Part shown: piece by piece, positions 17,082 through 26,868 of the stretch
Layout of the letters: each line of letters opens with the position of its first letter
How positions within the stretch are numbered: the first letter of the stretch is position 1
Origin: a virus
Lineage: Duplodnaviria > Caudoviricetes
Direction: 5' to 3' (one strand)
DNA: 39,977 nucleotides
Virus record (IMG/VR): IMGVR_UViG_3300011337_000036
Coordinates: 1 to 39,977 of that record
Notes under the pieces: model-generated
What the model saw: the letters and a program-made list of their open reading frames with translations, nothing else
Told to the model about the DNA's origin: nothing
Databases searched by the model: none
Made by a program: the position numbers and the translations under genes

Positions 17082-17417
17082 TCACGATACTTCCCTTCCG
17101 CTGACGCGCATATTGATGGCGCTGGCCGCGCTGGCAATTGTGGAGATAAACCCGCCCGATGGCAAGATGTGCCCCACCAACTCGGGAAAGATGTAAGTCT
17201 CGCCTGCCGTCAGCGACTTGGCCTTGACAATCAGGTTGCTGCTGTCTGCCGTGTAAGACTGAGTGACCAAGTTGACGCTGATGGTTGCCGTGGACGCGCT
17301 GATGTTTGTGGCCGTGAACTTGTCAATGATGGTCGTGACGTTGCTGGCGGTGTACTGCGTTGTCTGCGTGTCCGCGACAAACTTGGCTGGCACTAGATTT
17401 TTGGCAGTGACGGTCAT
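17082..17417 (-). CDS. Putative virion structural protein
   Basis: Beta-rich 111 aa; ATGA-coupled in late operon. Confidence 0.7.
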   Translation of the reverse strand: MTVTAKNLVPAKFVADTQTTQYTASNVTTIIDKFTATNISASTATISVNLVTQSYTADSSNLIVKAKSLTAGETYIFPELVGHILPSGGFISTIASAASAINMRVSGREVS

Positions 17418-17644
17418 ACAACAACCCAGGTTGAGCCGGACTGTACAGTTACCGTGATGCCGGTATTGACCGATACAGGGCCAGCGGACAAACCATTGTA
17501 GCTTGTTGGGATGGAATAGCTAACCGAAACCGTGGTGGCGTTTAGCGTAATGCCGTTAGATGACGCATTTGCCCCATTGGTCAGCACGTTCAGCGTTGGG
17601 TCGTAATTGTCCGCAAGCTGCGATAGATTCCGTGGGATGCTCAT
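17414..17644 (-). CDS. Short tail-fibre segment with ...GSTWVVV cap
   Basis: Start MSIPRNL at 17644 by ATGA overlap; C-terminus similar to that of 11833..12507. Confidence 0.7.
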   Translation of the reverse strand: MSIPRNLSQLADNYDPTLNVLTNGANASSNGITLNATTVSVSYSIPTSYNGLSAGPVSVNTGITVTVQSGSTWVVV

Positions 17645-17985
17645 GGTGTCACCTCTGTCCAGGACAATGTTGCCTCGTCCCAATCATACATATTGCCGTC
17701 TGAGGGCATCGGCGCTGGCGGCTGCCATAGGCAAGTATCCTCGTCCAATGTCCAGCTTAAGTATGGTTGAGGCGGGATAAACGCATCACGTTGGGAATCG
17801 TAGGTGTAGCCGATGCCAGCGTAGTTTTTGCGAAATGGTGTGCCGCCTAGCCGATGCTGCCCGCCTTGAGTGTTGTAGCTAGTCTGCACCCACCCAGAAC
17901 CAAAAGCGCCAGAGTCAATGACATCTTGGTCAGCCACAATGACCTGCATCACAATTCCATTTTCAACTTGTGCAAAGTGGGCCAT
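17641..17985 (-). CDS. Putative tail-fibre assembly/partner protein
   Basis: MAHFAQVENG...WVQTSYN...RKNYAGIG...WDE family typically following Gly-rich fibre genes. Confidence 0.7.
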   Translation of the reverse strand: MAHFAQVENGIVMQVIVADQDVIDSGAFGSGWVQTSYNTQGGQHRLGGTPFRKNYAGIGYTYDSQRDAFIPPQPYLSWTLDEDTCLWQPPAPMPSDGNMYDWDEATLSWTEVTP

Positions 17986-17987
17986 GA

Positions 17988-19403
17988 TTAGAAAGTGATT
18001 GTTCCAGAAGATGTGTATTTGTACACACGATACCCACCAGCAGTAGTGACTGTGGGCGAGCCTGTTGTGGCAGCGGCTAAAGGGTAAGAGTCTGCATAAC
18101 GTATTACGACAACACCCGAACCGCCTGTGCCGCCATTGGCATCACGGCTACCACCAGCACCACCGCCAGTATTTGGCGCACCGCTTTGGCCAATAAGTTT
18201 GGTGGTTGCAGTTGCATTGTTACCGCCGCCGCCGCCACCGCCTGCGCCGCCAGGGAAGAAAACAGTTGCGCTAGTGTTGTTAGTTACCCCACCACCACCG
18301 CCAGCAAAATATTGCCCAGAACTTGTTAGCGCGACACCTGTAGTTGTAGCCGTAGCCGCCGCGCTCAATGTGTATCCACCTGTGCCGCCAGGCGCGTAGA
18401 AATACACCGCAGTGCCAGAGTTTATTGTTCCCACCAATGAATTACTTAGGGTTATTGTTGTGCCAGCAATGGCAGTGACATAAGTGTCAGCGCGAATTCC
18501 TACAGATGAAACATTGTTTAATACTTGCGCTCCATTGCCTGCCACCAAATGCCCGACTGCGATACCTGTGGCGCTAGTGACTGTAATATTTTGAACTATG
18601 CTTCCCGTTCCTGCGGCTGATGCATTAGCACTTAATGTAGTGTTTGCTACAGCAGTACCTGTGGCTCCATAAAGCTGCTGAGTGATGTAAGCGCCTGCGG
18701 GGATACCTGATGTTGTGGCGACTAGCACACCAGGCCCAATTGCTCCAGTGGTGATTGCCGTGACAGTCAAAACAGTTGTTGATGCAATGTTTCCTGTTCC
18801 TGAGAATGCGGGGACTATTGAACTTGAAGTGCCTATGCCTCCACCAGCGGCAGTACCTACAGCACCAGCGCCGCCGCCTCCACCGCATTCAAAAGTAGTA
18901 CCACTACCTATGCCGCCATTGTTTCCTTGTCCTGAAGTTCCAGCGCCAAATGTTCCCGCAGTAGCCGAACCGCTGCCACCACCAGAGCCGCCAGCAATAC
19001 CGTTGCGCCCGTTGTAACCGCCAGCCCCACCGCCGCCAGTAGATGTAATAGAAGAAAAAACAGATGCATTTCCGCTTCCACCATCATTTAACGCGCTACT
19101 GCCACCGTTATATAGGCCAGGACTGCCTCCCGCGCCAACAGTGACTGTTAGGGCTACTCCAGACGTAACTGAAAACCCTGTAGCTGTTCTAAAACCGCCA
19201 GCACCGCCACCAGCGCCAACTTGAGCGCCACCGCCTCCACCACCAGCAACTACAAGATATTCCACAGTTGCAGGCGAATATCCAGGCCAAGCACTTGCTT
19301 GCTTGCCTTGCATAGCTTCTGTTTGCGTCCATATTCCAACCGCAGCAGAACCGCTGGTAGGCGCAGCCGTTGCAGACAGAATGGAACCTTTAAAACGATT
19401 CAT
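17988..19403 (-). CDS. Glycine-rich tail-associated protein
   Basis: VEYLVVAGGGGG...GGSGVVVIRY Gly-rich domain with a Thr-rich beta insert. Confidence 0.75.
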   Translation of the reverse strand: MNRFKGSILSATAAPTSGSAAVGIWTQTEAMQGKQASAWPGYSPATVEYLVVAGGGGGGAQVGAGGGAGGFRTATGFSVTSGVALTVTVGAGGSPGLYNGGSSALNDGGSGNASVFSSITSTGGGGAGGYNGRNGIAGGSGGGSGSATAGTFGAGTSGQGNNGGIGSGTTFECGGGGGAGAVGTAAGGGIGTSSSIVPAFSGTGNIASTTVLTVTAITTGAIGPGVLVATTSGIPAGAYITQQLYGATGTAVANTTLSANASAAGTGSIVQNITVTSATGIAVGHLVAGNGAQVLNNVSSVGIRADTYVTAIAGTTITLSNSLVGTINSGTAVYFYAPGGTGGYTLSAAATATTTGVALTSSGQYFAGGGGGVTNNTSATVFFPGGAGGGGGGGNNATATTKLIGQSGAPNTGGGAGGSRDANGGTGGSGVVVIRYADSYPLAAATTGSPTVTTAGGYRVYKYTSSGTITF

Positions 19404-19774
19404 TAGGTGATAGCCTCATAGGTAGCAACCATTTCAATTGAACTGCTAGTGCCTGATGTCACCACAATGGATTGCGCTTCACCAACATAAATGGATGTGC
19501 TTTTATCTACCACCATCAAAGATGAATTACCTGGAACGCTAATCTGATACGCAAGCCGATACGCCGTGCCGCCGCCGCCTGTTGCGCTGTTGATGGACAC
19601 TGTAATGGTTGCGGCAGTTGCGGTGACATTGGTTGCCATAATCGTTCCGACTTTGTTGACCGTGCCAGTAGCAGGTGTCAAACCCGTCCAAGTAGTGGCC
19701 GATGTACCAGTTGGCACTAGGTACGCCGTATTTCCATAAATGGAAGTGACGTTAACAATATTCGGGTTTGCCAT
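19403..19774 (-). CDS. Putative tail-fibre partner protein
   Basis: MANPNIVNVTSIYG beta-rich 123 aa, coupled to next gene. Confidence 0.7.
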   Translation of the reverse strand: MANPNIVNVTSIYGNTAYLVPTGTSATTWTGLTPATGTVNKVGTIMATNVTATAATITVSINSATGGGGTAYRLAYQISVPGNSSLMVVDKSTSIYVGEAQSIVVTSGTSSSIEMVATYEAIT

Positions 19775-19777
19775 GTT

Positions 19778-20263
19778 CTATCCTAAATAATTTATTGCTT
19801 GCAGTAAAACATTAGCGTTTTCCTTTAACGCGCCGATTCCAGTATTGCACCCATGACACAGCAATCCACGAACTTTGCTTGTTTTATGACAATGGTCAAC
19901 GTGCAATCCTCTTTCAGATTGAGGAACCTCGTTACAAATTGCACATTTACCTTGTTGCTTTTCATAAAGTTCTATCAAAAATTCTTTGGTTACGCCATAT
20001 TTGTAATGCCTAGAAGCCCAACGATCAAGCCATGTTCTTTTATGCCATCTTCCTTTGCATTCGTTTTTATGACATTCCTTACATTTTTTATTTGTCCTGC
20101 GTCCATTCTTATCAACATAAAAATTTGCAATGTTTGATTCACCGCATTTAGGACATTGTGGCGTTTTGCAAATTGATTGGCCTTGTTTAATTTTATAGTC
20201 GGGGTCAGACCACCTTGTTTTTGCTCTATCGCTTGCCGCTTTCCTTTGTTTATCTGTCCACAT
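19778..20263 (-). CDS. Endonuclease VII-like HNH homing endonuclease
   Basis: CAIC...LHVDHCH...VRGLLCHGCN; N-terminal CPKC/CKEC; AT-rich relative to flanks; GGAG RBS. Confidence 0.85.
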   Translation of the reverse strand: MWTDKQRKAASDRAKTRWSDPDYKIKQGQSICKTPQCPKCGESNIANFYVDKNGRRTNKKCKECHKNECKGRWHKRTWLDRWASRHYKYGVTKEFLIELYEKQQGKCAICNEVPQSERGLHVDHCHKTSKVRGLLCHGCNTGIGALKENANVLLQAINYLG

Positions 20264-20284
20264 TACTTATTCTCCAAAAACTAC

Positions 20285-20293
20285 ATTGTAGCA
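20285..20293 (-). promoter_or_regulatory. Extended -10 promoter for the endonuclease gene
   Basis: TGCTACAAT (TGn-TACAAT) about 20 nt upstream of the start codon. Confidence 0.5.
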
Positions 20294-20301
20294 TTTGGAC
20301 G

Positions 20302-23061
20302 CTAAAACCCAAAAATCATACTCATAGCTATAGCCTTGCCGGTGCTAATGCCGTTTGCAATTACCGACGTAGTGATAACCAAAGCCTCAACAATGTCGCC
20401 AGACGCGCAAGCCACGCCTAGCGTGAAATCTGTCCCGCTGGTAGCGGTGTAGTCCGATGTCGCCAACAGCACGCCGTTGACGTAAACCTGCAAATAGCCT
20501 ACCGAATAGGCCACCGTGAACACGGTCTGGCTGGCTGTAGCGGTGAACGATGTGCGAGTGTAGGCGCTAGAGCCGCCGCCTCCGCTGGCGTTGATTGTGA
20601 CCACACCCGTGCCGCCAACAGGCGAAATGGTGACGTTGGTGCCCGCCACAATCTGCGACACGCCGCCTGTAGCCGCAGCCCAGGTTGCCGTAGTCCCGTT
20701 GGATGTCAGCACGTAGTTGTTAGCGCCAATGCCCAACCGAGTGGCGCTGTTTGTGCCGTTGCCAAGGATTAGGTCGCCGGTGGTTGTGATGGGTGACAAG
20801 GCATTAAATGCTGCGCCTGCCGTAGTCTGACCAGTGCCGCCGTTAATGATGGCGACAGTGCCCGTTACGTTAGATGCTGTGCCAGATGTGTTTTGGTTAA
20901 ACGTTGGCCAGGTAAACGTGCCGGTGGTGAAGTCGCCAGATTGCGGGGTGCCCAAGATTGGCGTAACCAAGGTGGGCGAAGTCGCCAAAGCAATCACAGA
21001 ACCGCTGCCGCTAGTGGTGTACGACGTGCCCCAAGCGGTTCCCGTGGAATTGGGAATGCCTGCGCCTGGGTACACCATCGGCAGGGAATTGTTAATCGTA
21101 ATGGCCGCCGAACCGTTGTAGGTCGTGCCTGCGCTGAACGATATGCCGGTGCCAGATGTCAGCGAATTGGCAACAGAGCCTGCCGAACCCGTTGTATTCT
21201 GGTTAAGCGTAGGCACGTCGGCAACTTGAATCGTGTTCATCACGACGTTTGTGCCATTGCCCCGCAAGTACGATCCGCTGGTGACCGCGCCGGCAAAAGC
21301 GTTCATTGCCAATTGCGCGGTTATCTGGCCTGAACCGCCGTTAGCGATAGCTACAGTGCCGGTCACATTGGCCGCGTTACCCGAGATGTTGCCGGTCACC
21401 GCGCTGCCCGATATGGCAATCGCCGTATTGGTGACGCTGGTGACTTGGCCCTGCGCGTTGGTGACAAACACGGGAACCTGGCTGGCCGACCCGTAGGTGC
21501 CCGCTGTGCCAGTGTTGGTGATAGAAAACTGGTTGGTGGCTAGGGTTAACCCTGTACCTGCGGTGTACGTTTGTACAGCCGCAAACTGGATAAACACGAT
21601 TGACGTAGTGCCAACCGTAATGGGCAGCGGGGTCTGTTGCACCCATGAAGTGTTAGCGTTGACCGTGCCAGACAGCACTAGCAGCAGGTCGCCAATGTCA
21701 ATCTCGTTTGTGCCAGTGCCGCTGGTGTCGTAATCCGTAGCACGGGTCAGGATGTAGGGCAACGCCCCGCTTCCAACCTGCGTGACCGTATAGACACCAT
21801 TGTTTGCGCCTGCCGCCTCATTCTTGACCAAGATACGCTGGCCGCTGGTAACGGTCACCGAGTCCACTACCAAGGCAGCATTAGCGGTGGCCGTCAGCGT
21901 AGCGCCTACGCCGCCAGTACCGTTGTTGTAGGTGTTGGCAGGGAGCGCCGCTGTAGTGGCAAGGTTACAAGCCGCGTGGAAGTTGATGCCAGTAGCAATG
22001 CTGTCGGCATAGGACTTGTTAACGATGTCCGTGCTGGCGCTCGGCGCAGTTGAGATAGTGCCGGTGGTCAACGCAACCGATGTGATGTCGGTGTTTGCGC
22101 CACTAGCCGCTGCGCCCAGGCTTGTCCTAGCGCCGCCCGCTGTAGTGGCTCCAGTACCGCCGTTAGCTACCGCAACCGTGCCGGTTACGTTAGCCGCTGT
22201 GCCAGTAGTGTTTTGATTCAGCGTAGGCACATCAGCCGCCACGATGGCCGCTAGGGCAGAGTTAGTGCCGTCCGAACGTAGGTAGTAACCCGATGTTTGT
22301 GTGCCGGTCAGGGCAGTGATGGCCGCTGGCGCTGTGGTTTGCCCTGTGCCGCCATTAGCAATCGGTAAGGCGGTGCCCGAGTAGCTGATTGCTAGCGTGC
22401 CGCTGGTGGTAATGGGGCTACCGGCTATCGACAAAAAGGCTGGCACGGTGGCCGCAACGCTGGTGACCGTGCCGCTGCCCGCACCTGAGTTAATAGTCTG
22501 ATTGGGCCAAGTTCCAGTAATGGTGACGTTGGTTCCTGCAACTAGGGCAGGCGTTGCCGTGCCAGTGCCACCAGATGCCACTGCAAGCGTGCCGCCCAAG
22601 GTCACGGCACCCGTGGTAGCCGTGGCAGGCGTTAAGCCTGTAGAGCCGCCGCTAAAAGAATTAACGCCCGACGTGGACAAGACAACGTACTTGACGTTGC
22701 CCGAGTTGTCCACAACCTGCCAGGCGCTGCCGTGGGTGTAAGTCAGCTTTTCGCCGACCAACAAGGTGACCGTGCTAATTAGGTACGGCGTGGACGAATC
22801 CAACATTTCCACGGTCACCACTTGAGACACCGTATCGGTGTTCAAAATGGTCACCATGTCAATGTCGCGGATGGTTGACGCAGCAGGCGCAGAACAGATG
22901 GTTACTGCCGTTGTGCCATTGGAATTCGTGAGTTTTGTGCCACCCAAATAAGTGCTGGCGGTTTGGTCAGAATAAGACACAACTGCCTGCATGGGTGCAG
23001 TGGCTTGCGCCCCGCCCAAGTACAGCGCAAGTGATCGGTTTACTGTGTCAAGTCTGATCAT
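20302..23061 (-). CDS. Long tail-fibre protein
   Basis: 919 aa T/G/A/S-rich with repeated (I/V)ANGGTG and PTLNQNTTG units; C-terminal VYVNGV domain and GKAIAM helix. Confidence 0.8.
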   Translation of the reverse strand: MIRLDTVNRSLALYLGGAQATAPMQAVVSYSDQTASTYLGGTKLTNSNGTTAVTICSAPAASTIRDIDMVTILNTDTVSQVVTVEMLDSSTPYLISTVTLLVGEKLTYTHGSAWQVVDNSGNVKYVVLSTSGVNSFSGGSTGLTPATATTGAVTLGGTLAVASGGTGTATPALVAGTNVTITGTWPNQTINSGAGSGTVTSVAATVPAFLSIAGSPITTSGTLAISYSGTALPIANGGTGQTTAPAAITALTGTQTSGYYLRSDGTNSALAAIVAADVPTLNQNTTGTAANVTGTVAVANGGTGATTAGGARTSLGAAASGANTDITSVALTTGTISTAPSASTDIVNKSYADSIATGINFHAACNLATTAALPANTYNNGTGGVGATLTATANAALVVDSVTVTSGQRILVKNEAAGANNGVYTVTQVGSGALPYILTRATDYDTSGTGTNEIDIGDLLLVLSGTVNANTSWVQQTPLPITVGTTSIVFIQFAAVQTYTAGTGLTLATNQFSITNTGTAGTYGSASQVPVFVTNAQGQVTSVTNTAIAISGSAVTGNISGNAANVTGTVAIANGGSGQITAQLAMNAFAGAVTSGSYLRGNGTNVVMNTIQVADVPTLNQNTTGSAGSVANSLTSGTGISFSAGTTYNGSAAITINNSLPMVYPGAGIPNSTGTAWGTSYTTSGSGSVIALATSPTLVTPILGTPQSGDFTTGTFTWPTFNQNTSGTASNVTGTVAIINGGTGQTTAGAAFNALSPITTTGDLILGNGTNSATRLGIGANNYVLTSNGTTATWAAATGGVSQIVAGTNVTISPVGGTGVVTINASGGGGSSAYTRTSFTATASQTVFTVAYSVGYLQVYVNGVLLATSDYTATSGTDFTLGVACASGDIVEALVITTSVIANGISTGKAIAMSMIFGF

Positions 23062-23064
23062 AAT

Positions 23065-23589
23065 TTACCCATGTGCTGCCGCAAAGGCATAGATGGCTGG
23101 CCCACTCGCGCCGCCACCGCCCGCCGCCCATGTCGCCGTAGTTCCGTCAGATGTTAAGACAAGACCGTTTGCGCCAATGCCCAAGCGGGTTGCGCTATTA
23201 GTTCCATTGCCAATAATTAAATCCCCTGTGGTTGTGATGGGGGATAAAGCATTGAACGCGGCTGTAGCCGTAATGGCCCCTGTACCGCCGCTGGGAATGC
23301 CTAAAGTGCCGCCGAGGGTGATAGTGCCACTTGACGTTATCGGGCCTCCTGTGGCCGTTAAACCAGTAGAACCTCCCGATACATTGACCGATGTGACAGA
23401 GCCTAGGCTTTGCGCGGCGGGCGGGGCAAGCTGCAAGTCATCTAATGATGTCTGATTGTTCCCGCCGCCCGTCAAGGCAAACAGGTTAAGAAAAAACCGA
23501 TACCACTCACGCGACATCAATCCCGTGCGTTGGTCGATAAATTCAACCCGCGAACTAGGGATGTTGGTTATGTTGAGTTGATTAGGCAT
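23065..23589 (-). CDS. Tail-proximal fibre anchor protein
   Basis: Follows gp10; MSREWYRFF N-terminal motif plus fibre repeat shared with the 919-aa protein. Confidence 0.65.
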   Translation of the reverse strand: MPNQLNITNIPSSRVEFIDQRTGLMSREWYRFFLNLFALTGGGNNQTSLDDLQLAPPAAQSLGSVTSVNVSGGSTGLTATGGPITSSGTITLGGTLGIPSGGTGAITATAAFNALSPITTTGDLIIGNGTNSATRLGIGANGLVLTSDGTTATWAAGGGGASGPAIYAFAAAHG

Positions 23590-25024
23590 TTGTCGGACTC
23601 AAAATTAGTTCAGCGCCCATAATGGCAACTTTGACAGGATCGGTGCCGGACACTTCGTAAACCCTGTCGCGCAGCTTAACCGTCATGCCTAGCCGCCGCC
23701 AGAACACGCGCTGGTAGTACGCGCCAATCTTACCCATCGGTGACCAGTGTTCGTTGCTCCAAGTGTGGCCGCCATCATCCGACCAGCGCAGCATAGCCTG
23801 CGGATCAGAGCCTTGGCCGTCAATCAGGCCAACGCCTGACTCGCAATTGAGTTGCAATGTGTGGTGCGCGGTACGCTTGAGATTGTTCTGCCCAGTTGGC
23901 AGGGCGCGCCATGAGCGCAGCCACTTTTGGATGTCGCCGTTGTCTGAGTAGACATTTAGGCTCATCTTGTAGATGTTGCCATTCTCAAAGTCACCCACAA
24001 TGGTATTGCCAAGGAAATTGCACTGGCAATTGCTGCGGTGGCGGGTGAATGCTCCGTTAAGCCACCCAGCACGCTCGTGCCAGGCTTGCGTGGAGACATC
24101 GTATACCCAAGTGGCATTTCCCGTTGGAAACGTCAGCACATAGAAAGCGTGGCCTTCTTGCTGGTAGGTGTAGCTAATAGCGTCGGAAATGTCGCTGTAT
24201 TGAGCAATCGCGTACTCAATAGCGTGAGTTGATATCCGCTGGCCGGTGTAACCGTTGGCACGGTAGACAATCCCCTGCCCGCGAGCATCGGTGCCCAGCC
24301 AAAACAATCCATTGTCTAGCTTGGCAATGGAGAATGCCGCAACGCAACCAATCTCGTTAAACGCACCTTGGATGCGGGTCAGAGGAAAGTCAGCTAATCC
24401 AGCGTCGTACCAGACTTCCACTGAGTCAGTTCCAAACAACCAGGCTTCTCGGTGGTCAACAATAATCCCAACCAAACCGTCGGGTGAACCCTCGGCACTG
24501 GCAAAGTCTAGCGGGTCAACCGATAGGCCGTCTAGCAAAGATGTAACCCATACGCGCTGGGAGTCCGGCTCGTTGAAAACAAAGTACCCATCCAAATAAC
24601 CAACCGTCACCGCGCCTGGGAAATCAGGGTCAGTAATCTGCGCGAATACGTTGGTGACCTCGTTGTAGATGTAGCTGTCGGGGTTGCAGGCAAAAAATAG
24701 CTGCGTGCCGTTGTCCGCAATTGACACTGGCCCTGTGCCTGACACTGTGCCCAACAAAACCGGATCGCCGGTCATGGTAGACATTTTGTAGACCTCATTA
24801 CCGGACACAACGTAGAAGTCGCTGCCGTTGGTCTGATGCGCCCACAAAGCGCGGATCGGGCCTTCTCCAACAGACTGTAAATATTCCAACCCAGGGGCAC
24901 GGTTGAGAAAAGCGGCAGTCTGCCCGTTGTCCGGTGTCATTTCCGGAAACAAGTTAACCATCCGATTGTCCGCAGCGTTGATACTGCGGGCGACGTAGGA
25001 CGCGCCGAGTATCGGGGTCTGCAT
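23582..25024 (-). CDS. Packaged-DNA stabilisation / tail hub protein, P22 gp10-like
   Basis: 480 aa beta-rich; NLFPE, YLDGYF, AEGSPD, YQQEGHAFYVL, WSDDGG, WRRLG motifs. Confidence 0.85.
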   Translation of the reverse strand: MQTPILGASYVARSINAADNRMVNLFPEMTPDNGQTAAFLNRAPGLEYLQSVGEGPIRALWAHQTNGSDFYVVSGNEVYKMSTMTGDPVLLGTVSGTGPVSIADNGTQLFFACNPDSYIYNEVTNVFAQITDPDFPGAVTVGYLDGYFVFNEPDSQRVWVTSLLDGLSVDPLDFASAEGSPDGLVGIIVDHREAWLFGTDSVEVWYDAGLADFPLTRIQGAFNEIGCVAAFSIAKLDNGLFWLGTDARGQGIVYRANGYTGQRISTHAIEYAIAQYSDISDAISYTYQQEGHAFYVLTFPTGNATWVYDVSTQAWHERAGWLNGAFTRHRSNCQCNFLGNTIVGDFENGNIYKMSLNVYSDNGDIQKWLRSWRALPTGQNNLKRTAHHTLQLNCESGVGLIDGQGSDPQAMLRWSDDGGHTWSNEHWSPMGKIGAYYQRVFWRRLGMTVKLRDRVYEVSGTDPVKVAIMGAELILSPTNA

Positions 25025-25740
25025 CAGTAGTTTCCTGCGTAGATGTTGAACCGCTGGCGGCTTGCCACAATCGCGTAAGGCATCGACATCACATCGTCAG
25101 GGTTGTTGATGCGCTTGAGATTGCGCTTGCTGGTCATTGCAATGCGTTGCACTTGCGGGCTGGGTTCGACACCGAACTCAGGGGCAAATTCCATCGCCAA
25201 GTTGTAAGTGAACGCCCGCAAATAGCCTGGCGGGAACAAAATGTCAGTGGTCAACGTAGCTGGCCGGTCAAGTTCCTCAACACTAATAAAGTGCCATTCC
25301 AAATCCCGCGTGGGCTTCGGATAGATGTACATATCAATGTTGGGATACGTCATGTTGACAAATATCACCTGCGGATAGGTGGATGTCACCGTCTTTACGG
25401 CAATACCATCGTATTGCTGCTGGTTGATTGCTTTGATGCCAAAACTGACGTTTGTGCCTGGGTCGCGGTAGTAGGTTGCGTCATCCAGCAAAATAGGCCG
25501 GTTGCCCACAAAGTCACCCGTCGGGCCAAGTGTGCGGTTAATGAAACCGGCAGGCCAGGTATACATTTGATCTTGAGTGCTGAACACTGACAAGCGTTCA
25601 GTGTTCCAAGAGTCAATCATCTGATTGAGCGCCATTAGTGCGTCTTGCGACACCGATGCGCTAGGAGTCTCGCCTTCAGCCAATACACCCAGCAACCGCA
25701 GTGCCCGATTGATTTGGTCACCAGCAGTGTATGTCGCCAT
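25024..25740 (-). CDS. Head-tail adaptor, P22 gp4-like
   Basis: TAGDQINRALRLLGV...LNQMIDSW...YNLAMEFAPEFG; synteny. Confidence 0.75.
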   Translation of the reverse strand: MATYTAGDQINRALRLLGVLAEGETPSASVSQDALMALNQMIDSWNTERLSVFSTQDQMYTWPAGFINRTLGPTGDFVGNRPILLDDATYYRDPGTNVSFGIKAINQQQYDGIAVKTVTSTYPQVIFVNMTYPNIDMYIYPKPTRDLEWHFISVEELDRPATLTTDILFPPGYLRAFTYNLAMEFAPEFGVEPSPQVQRIAMTSKRNLKRINNPDDVMSMPYAIVASRQRFNIYAGNY

Positions 25741-25742
25741 AG

Positions 25743-25928
25743 CTAGACCCCTTCTAATTCGACTTTTCTACGCCGCTTTACTTCCAGGACGTTCACAGGA
25801 GCCGCCAATTCAAAATCGGGCGTATCCAAAGTATAGCGCACCCAACCGTTTTTCTCATCGGCAACTGCTTCAAGTTCCATAGTCGCTACTTTAGCGCCGT
25901 GGATGGGATGCTTTAGGTATATGACCAT
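25743..25928 (-). CDS. Small hypothetical virion-module protein
   Basis: 61 aa filling gap, basic C-terminus. Confidence 0.65.
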   Translation of the reverse strand: MVIYLKHPIHGAKVATMELEAVADEKNGWVRYTLDTPDFELAAPVNVLEVKRRRKVELEGV

Positions 25929-25933
25929 AGGTT

Positions 25934-25956
25934 AGAAAGGGGGCTTGTGGCCCCCT
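25934..25956 (-). terminator. Probable terminator after capsid accessory gene
   Basis: Minus strand AGGGGGC-CACAA-GCCCCCT then TTCT. Confidence 0.6.
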
Positions 25957-25961
25957 CCTTT

Positions 25962-26378
25962 TTAGCTTGCGCCGTGGATGATGGAAAAATTGATAATGAC
26001 TGCTTCAGAATATGAAGTAGCCGCAGTCAAATTCCGCAACGTAATCAACGCAGAACCAGCAGCCAAATACGAAACGTAAGTGGTGTAAGCCCCAGCCGCG
26101 CTACCAGTAGTGTTACTAGAGACGCACACAATGATTGTGTCATTGGTTGAGATTGTGCTGTTGGTCAAAACAAACGACACAGCAGCGCCAGCAGCCAACG
26201 CTGCGTTGTTCATAGTAATACGGCCAGCAGACTTGTTCAGAGTTACCCCTGTAGCTTTGTCTGTCAACTGCGTCACAGCGCCTTGTGCTGCTGCGCTGTA
26301 GCCAATTTCTTGGCTGGCGTAGCAGGTAGTAAATTCGGGGTCGCTATACGCAACGCCTACTGCTTGGGTATTTGGCAT
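25962..26378 (-). CDS. Putative capsid accessory/decoration protein
   Basis: 138 aa beta-rich, downstream of coat gene; AAGGA RBS. Confidence 0.55.
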   Translation of the reverse strand: MPNTQAVGVAYSDPEFTTCYASQEIGYSAAAQGAVTQLTDKATGVTLNKSAGRITMNNAALAAGAAVSFVLTNSTISTNDTIIVCVSSNTTGSAAGAYTTYVSYLAAGSALITLRNLTAATSYSEAVIINFSIIHGAS

Positions 26379-26389
26379 GATGTTTCCTT

Positions 26390-26413
26390 AAAAAACAGGG
26401 GCAAAAGCCCCCG
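26390..26413 (-). terminator. Rho-independent terminator
   Basis: Minus strand CGGGGGC-TTTT-GCCCCTG followed by T6. Confidence 0.75.
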
Positions 26414-26419
26414 TTAGGT

Positions 26420-26842
26420 TTAGGCCACGCGGTACAAAGACCAAGCGCCATCGCCAGTTTTCACTGCGCGGTAGGCTTGAGCAGTGCCAGCGGTGGTGAC
26501 GGTCATCAAGCCTTGTGAGCCTGACGAACCAATCGTCCAGCCGGTATTGGTCGTGATAGTAATCACGCCGCCGCCGGAACCGTTGGTATTTACCACTGTA
26601 AAGTCAAAGCTGCTGCCAACTTTTGCGCTAGACACGGCTGCGTCCAGATCAGTAGCCAAAGGCAGTGTGTACGCCGCTGCGGTTGTGGTGGGAGTGCCCA
26701 AAAGAATACCGTTCAACAATTGGGCAGTTGTCAGCGTTGCCGTGACAGTTGCCGTTGCTGGGGTAGCTTGGGTGTTCATTTGAACTTCGTTCAAATTGCC
26801 GTCACCAACTTGGTAACCGCCTGCGCCATTAGGTAGAGCCAT
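26420..26842 (-). CDS. Putative capsid decoration protein
   Basis: 140 aa directly after coat gene; AAAGGA RBS. Confidence 0.55.
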   Translation of the reverse strand: MALPNGAGGYQVGDGNLNEVQMNTQATPATATVTATLTTAQLLNGILLGTPTTTAAAYTLPLATDLDAAVSSAKVGSSFDFTVVNTNGSGGGVITITTNTGWTIGSSGSQGLMTVTTAGTAQAYRAVKTGDGAWSLYRVA

Positions 26843-26868
26843 GATAATTTTCCTTTAGAAAGAGTTGA

